Assembly: GCA_049510745.1 (NCBI GenBank)
Contig: JBEKYR010000009.1
Coordinates: 64,001-128,000 of the forward strand
DNA length: 64,000 bases
Origin: Verrucomicrobiota bacterium
GTDB lineage: Bacteria; Verrucomicrobiota; Verrucomicrobiia; Limisphaerales; Palsa-1400
Direction: 5' to 3'
Below the pieces are notes generated by a model that had not been told where the DNA came from, ran no database searches, and worked only from the letters and a program-made list of their open reading frames with translations. Positions 60,708 through 64,000 of the stretch are shown here, piece after piece; the first letter of the stretch is position 1; every line of letters starts with the position of its first letter. The position numbers and the translations under genes were made by a program.

Positions 60708-61817
60708 TTAATTGCGTTTGTCCAGTGCCGGGCCGCTGTTTCCGCCCGTTTTTGGATTGGGCCGGCCCACCTGGCGCAAGCGCTCGCGCAACATGTCGGC
60801 GCGAAGGAGGTCGCGTTCCTCGGCCGGGAGTTTTTCGGTAAACTGTCTTTGCAAATGGGCCGGCTGGGTGATGACAAACAATTCATCGATCAACGCCCGG
60901 TCGGCGCCGGCGAACTCGCCCAAATCAACCCCCAGGCGCATCATGGAAAGCAGGTTCATGGTTTCCTTCGAGGTGATGCTGTGGGCGTTGGCCAGGATGC
61001 CATAGGCGCGGCCGGTTTGATTGTAAACGAACTTCGGCTTCTTTTCCAGGAGGGTGGCGCGGGCGTTTTCCTCGTGTTCGATTATCTGGAGGAGGACTTT
61101 GTTTAATCGTTCCACGATGTCCGTCTCGACTTCGCCGAGGGTCATCTGGTTGGAGACCTGGAAAACATTGCCGAGGGCTTCGGTGCCCTCGCCGTAAAGA
61201 CCGCGCACGGCCAGCCCCAGTTTGTTGACGGAGGCGATGATCTGGTTGATCTGCTCGGCCAGGACCAGGCCGGGCAGGTGGAGCATGGCGCTGACGCGGA
61301 TGCCGGTGCCCAGATTGGTCGGGCAGGCGGTCAAGTAGCCCAACTCCGGGCCAAAGGCGTAATCGAGTTTGCGTTCCAATTCGGTATCGACCTGGTCGAT
61401 GGCCATCCAGGCCTGGCGCAGTTGGAGGCCGGGGCGGAGGGCCTGCATGCGCAAATGGTCCTCCTCGTTGATCATGACGCAGAGGGATTCCTCCTTGTTG
61501 AGAATCACGCCGCTGCCGGCGCTCTTGGCCATGTGTTCGCGGCTGATCAGATGCCGCTCGACCAGGATTTGTTTGTCCAAAGGCCCCAGGTTGTCCATCG
61601 TTTCGGAAAAAGCTCCGCTTAACTGCGGCAAACTTTCCACCGCCGGACGGATGATCTCCAAGGCGCGCACCCGTTCGGGCTTCTTGGCCCATCCGGGAAA
61701 AGCCAAGCCCCGCAAATTACGCGCCAGCCGGACGCGGCTGGACATGACAATGCGGTCATGGGGGCCGGAGCGCCGGGCCGTCTCGGCGGGAGGACTGAGA
61801 AATTCGTGAATGGTCAT
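60708..61817 (-). CDS. mcsB: protein arginine kinase
   Basis: SSRVRLARN, NEEDHLR, YLTACPTNLGTG. Confidence 0.95.
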   Translation of the reverse strand: MTIHEFLSPPAETARRSGPHDRIVMSSRVRLARNLRGLAFPGWAKKPERVRALEIIRPAVESLPQLSGAFSETMDNLGPLDKQILVERHLISREHMAKSAGSGVILNKEESLCVMINEEDHLRMQALRPGLQLRQAWMAIDQVDTELERKLDYAFGPELGYLTACPTNLGTGIRVSAMLHLPGLVLAEQINQIIASVNKLGLAVRGLYGEGTEALGNVFQVSNQMTLGEVETDIVERLNKVLLQIIEHEENARATLLEKKPKFVYNQTGRAYGILANAHSITSKETMNLLSMMRLGVDLGEFAGADRALIDELFVITQPAHLQRQFTEKLPAEERDLLRADMLRERLRQVGRPNPKTGGNSGPALDKRN

Positions 61818-61825
61818 GGCGTCGA

Positions 61826-62332
61826 TCAGGGGGCAAGGTGTTCGATTTGGTCCTTGGCGATTTTGATTTCATCGCGCAGGCTGGCCGCCTGTTCGAAGTC
61901 CTCGGCGGTGACGGCCTTCTCCAGTTTCTTCTGCAGATGTTTCAGGCGCTCGTTCAAATCGCGGGATTGGCGCAGGGCCGTGGGCACCTTGCCGACGTGT
62001 TTGGTGCCCTTGTGCATGGTTTTGAGCAGGCTTTCCAGGCTCTCGGCAAAAGTCACGTAGCATTGCGAGCAGCCCAGGCGGCCGGCCTTCTTGAAATCGG
62101 CCCCCGTAAAGCCGCAGTTGGGACACTTAATGTCCTCGCTGCCCGCGGACTGGGCAATCTCCTGGGAAGCCCCCAGGCCGAGCAACAGATCGGCCAGCGA
62201 AAAGCCGGCCGGATCGTTGACGCCTTTTTTCTTGGCGCACTCCTCGCACAAGTCCACCTTTTGCATTTTGTCCTCGACAATCTGCGTCAGGTGAACCTTC
62301 GCCGGGTTCTGCTTGCAAATCATGCACAACAT
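61826..62332 (-). CDS. mcsA: McsA (CxxC plus UVR domain)
   Basis: four CxxC motifs, GRLGC, EDFEQAASLRDEI. Confidence 0.93.
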   Translation of the reverse strand: MLCMICKQNPAKVHLTQIVEDKMQKVDLCEECAKKKGVNDPAGFSLADLLLGLGASQEIAQSAGSEDIKCPNCGFTGADFKKAGRLGCSQCYVTFAESLESLLKTMHKGTKHVGKVPTALRQSRDLNERLKHLQKKLEKAVTAEDFEQAASLRDEIKIAKDQIEHLAP

Positions 62333-62405
62333 ATAAAATCAATTTACCACACCACCGCGAAAATGAGAATGAAATTCGGCTCTCATTCCATTTGATCCGC
62401 CGCCC

Positions 62406-63272
62406 TTATATCGGCTCGCCGGATGCCTGGGTTAACTCCCGGTATTCGGCCACCAGCTTGCGCGTCACCGCTCCGGGCTTGCCGCTGCCGATGACGCGGC
62501 CGTCAATCTTGACCACCGGGATGATTTCCGCGCCGGTCCCCGTCAAAAAGCACTCGTCGGCGTTGAAAAGGTCGTGCCGGGTCAGGTTCGGTTCTCCCAC
62601 CTGCAACCCGTCCGCCTGGGCCAACGCCAGGACCACGCCGCGGGTGATGCCGTAGAGCGCGCCGGCCGAGAGCGGCGGCGTCAACAGGTGGCCGGCCTTG
62701 ACGATGAAGAGGTTGTCCCCGGTGCATTCGGCGACAAACCCCTCGGCGTTGAGCATGATCGCCTCCTCGCAACCGCCGTTGAGCGCCTCGATTTTGGCCA
62801 GGATGTTGTTGAGGTAATTGAGCGATTTGATGGCCGGGTTCAAGGCGCTGTGCAGGTTGCGCGTCGTCGCCACCGTGATGATGTCCAGCCCCCGTTCGTA
62901 CAACTGCGGGGGATAAAGCTGGATTTTGTCGGCGATAATAATGACCGAGGGCCGCCGGCATTTGAAGGGGTTCAGTCCCAGCGTGCCGGCGCCGCGGGTG
63001 ACGACCAGCCGGATATAGCCGTCGCGCAGCTTGTTTTTGCGGCAGGTCTGGACGACGGCCCGGGTCAAATCGGCCGGCGACATCGGGATTTTCAGGAGGA
63101 TGGACTTGGCGGAACAAAACAGGCGCTCGATATGTTCCGCCAGCTTGAAGACCCGGCCATGGTAGGCCCGGATGCCTTCAAACACGCCGTCGCCATAAAG
63201 CAGGCCGTGGTCGAAGACCGAAACCTTGGCCTTGGTCTCGTCATAGTACTTGCCGTCGATATAGATTTTCAT
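62406..63272 (-). CDS. ilvE: branched-chain amino acid aminotransferase
   Basis: YGDGVFEGIRAY, IKSLNYLNN, GITR, TGTGAE. Confidence 0.95.
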   Translation of the reverse strand: MKIYIDGKYYDETKAKVSVFDHGLLYGDGVFEGIRAYHGRVFKLAEHIERLFCSAKSILLKIPMSPADLTRAVVQTCRKNKLRDGYIRLVVTRGAGTLGLNPFKCRRPSVIIIADKIQLYPPQLYERGLDIITVATTRNLHSALNPAIKSLNYLNNILAKIEALNGGCEEAIMLNAEGFVAECTGDNLFIVKAGHLLTPPLSAGALYGITRGVVLALAQADGLQVGEPNLTRHDLFNADECFLTGTGAEIIPVVKIDGRVIGSGKPGAVTRKLVAEYRELTQASGEPI

Positions 63273-63390
63273 CGCTGTAATCCGACGGAACCTACGGTTT
63301 CAGGGGCCAAGGGGCAAGGATGAAGTCAGAAGGAAGAAGGAGGAAGTTCCGGGCTTGACCAGCCTTGACTGGGCTTGACCAAAGGAGATC

Positions 63391-63440
63391 TCTGAAAGGC
63401 CATTGAAAATTGGGAATTGAAAATCGAAAATTGGCGATTG
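63391..63440. repeat. half copy of the 2301-2419 heptamer element
   Basis: 42/50 identical to the reverse complement of 2301-2350. Confidence 0.85.
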
Positions 63441-63470
63441 AAGAGTTCTTGACTGGGGGAGGGGCGACGG

Positions 63471-63944
63471 TCACGGCAGGCTCCTTTCGTGGAGAAAGCA
63501 GATCAGGCTTTCCCGCGAGATTTCATACGATCTGCGGCCGACGTCGGCCAGGACCCGCCAGCGGATGAGGTTGTAGATGTGGTCGTAATCACACTGCATC
63601 ATCCAGGCGACTTCCGCCGGCTCATAGGCGGGCTTGTCGGCGGGAAAGGTGGCGTCGAGAAACTCCGGCAGTCCGGGGAAGGGCGGAGCGCCGGAGCGGA
63701 AACCCAGGACGGAGGCGGTGGACAAACGGACGCAGGCGCGGCGGACGCCGGGGCGGGCGATGTTGAAGGCGAAGGGCAGGCTGCCGTCCTGGATGCGGGC
63801 GGCGATGCGCTGCTCGCTGCAGTTGAGCAGGGAAGCGGCGACCCAGACGGAAACGAAGGGCCGTTTGATCCTGACCTGGGCGCGGCCCGCCAGCCAGGGG
63901 CGCCTGTCCCGTTCCACCAACCGATCACTGGCGAGCAGTGTCAT
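63471..63944 (-). CDS. hypothetical protein with two excisionase-like HTH motifs
   Basis: VSVWVAASLLNCSEQRIAARIQDGSL and YEPAEVAWMMQCDYDHIYNLI...ISRESL. Confidence 0.6.
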   Translation of the reverse strand: MTLLASDRLVERDRRPWLAGRAQVRIKRPFVSVWVAASLLNCSEQRIAARIQDGSLPFAFNIARPGVRRACVRLSTASVLGFRSGAPPFPGLPEFLDATFPADKPAYEPAEVAWMMQCDYDHIYNLIRWRVLADVGRRSYEISRESLICFLHERSLP

Positions 63945-64000
63945 CCCTCTATGTACTCCCACATACATGTGTCCTTTGCAAGATTTATTTTGCACTTTCC

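Overview
GC-rich bacterial chromosomal window, most likely Verrucomicrobiota subdivision 3 (Pedosphaerales/Limisphaerales-like). This is inferred from Gloeo/Verruco-type repeat proteins, an H-X9-DG prepilin-like protein and the mcsA-mcsB-clpC arrangement. Core genes: ECF sigma/anti-sigma trio, pstSCAB-phoU-sixA with a Pho box, glnS, class V aminotransferase, leuC, DEAD-box helicase, trmB, mutS, rsmE-dnaJ-grpE, rpoN, argG, mlaEFD, mcsA-mcsB-clpC and ilvE. Accessory content: a toxin-antitoxin cluster around a sialidase, two large secreted proteins, a decayed defence patch at 28.4-33.0 kb (truncated TIR-ATPase, membrane protein with a TIR-like domain, IS integrase and type III restriction remnants) and a repeat-rich spacer at 47.6-49.0 kb. 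Two signals are not explained by ordinary annotation. (1) An unannotated unit occurs twice, 12 kb apart (about 1641-1791 and 13593-13741): sigma70-like promoter, a perfect 15-bp hairpin with covarying outer stem overlapping the -10 box, then a homologous ~25-codon segment. (2) A four-helix-bundle gene is enclosed by inverted arrays of 7-mer repeats, and cargo-less hairpins and half-arrays of similar design are scattered through the window. No rRNA, tRNA or CRISPR array was recognised. Product calls come from motif recognition only; no database searches were run.
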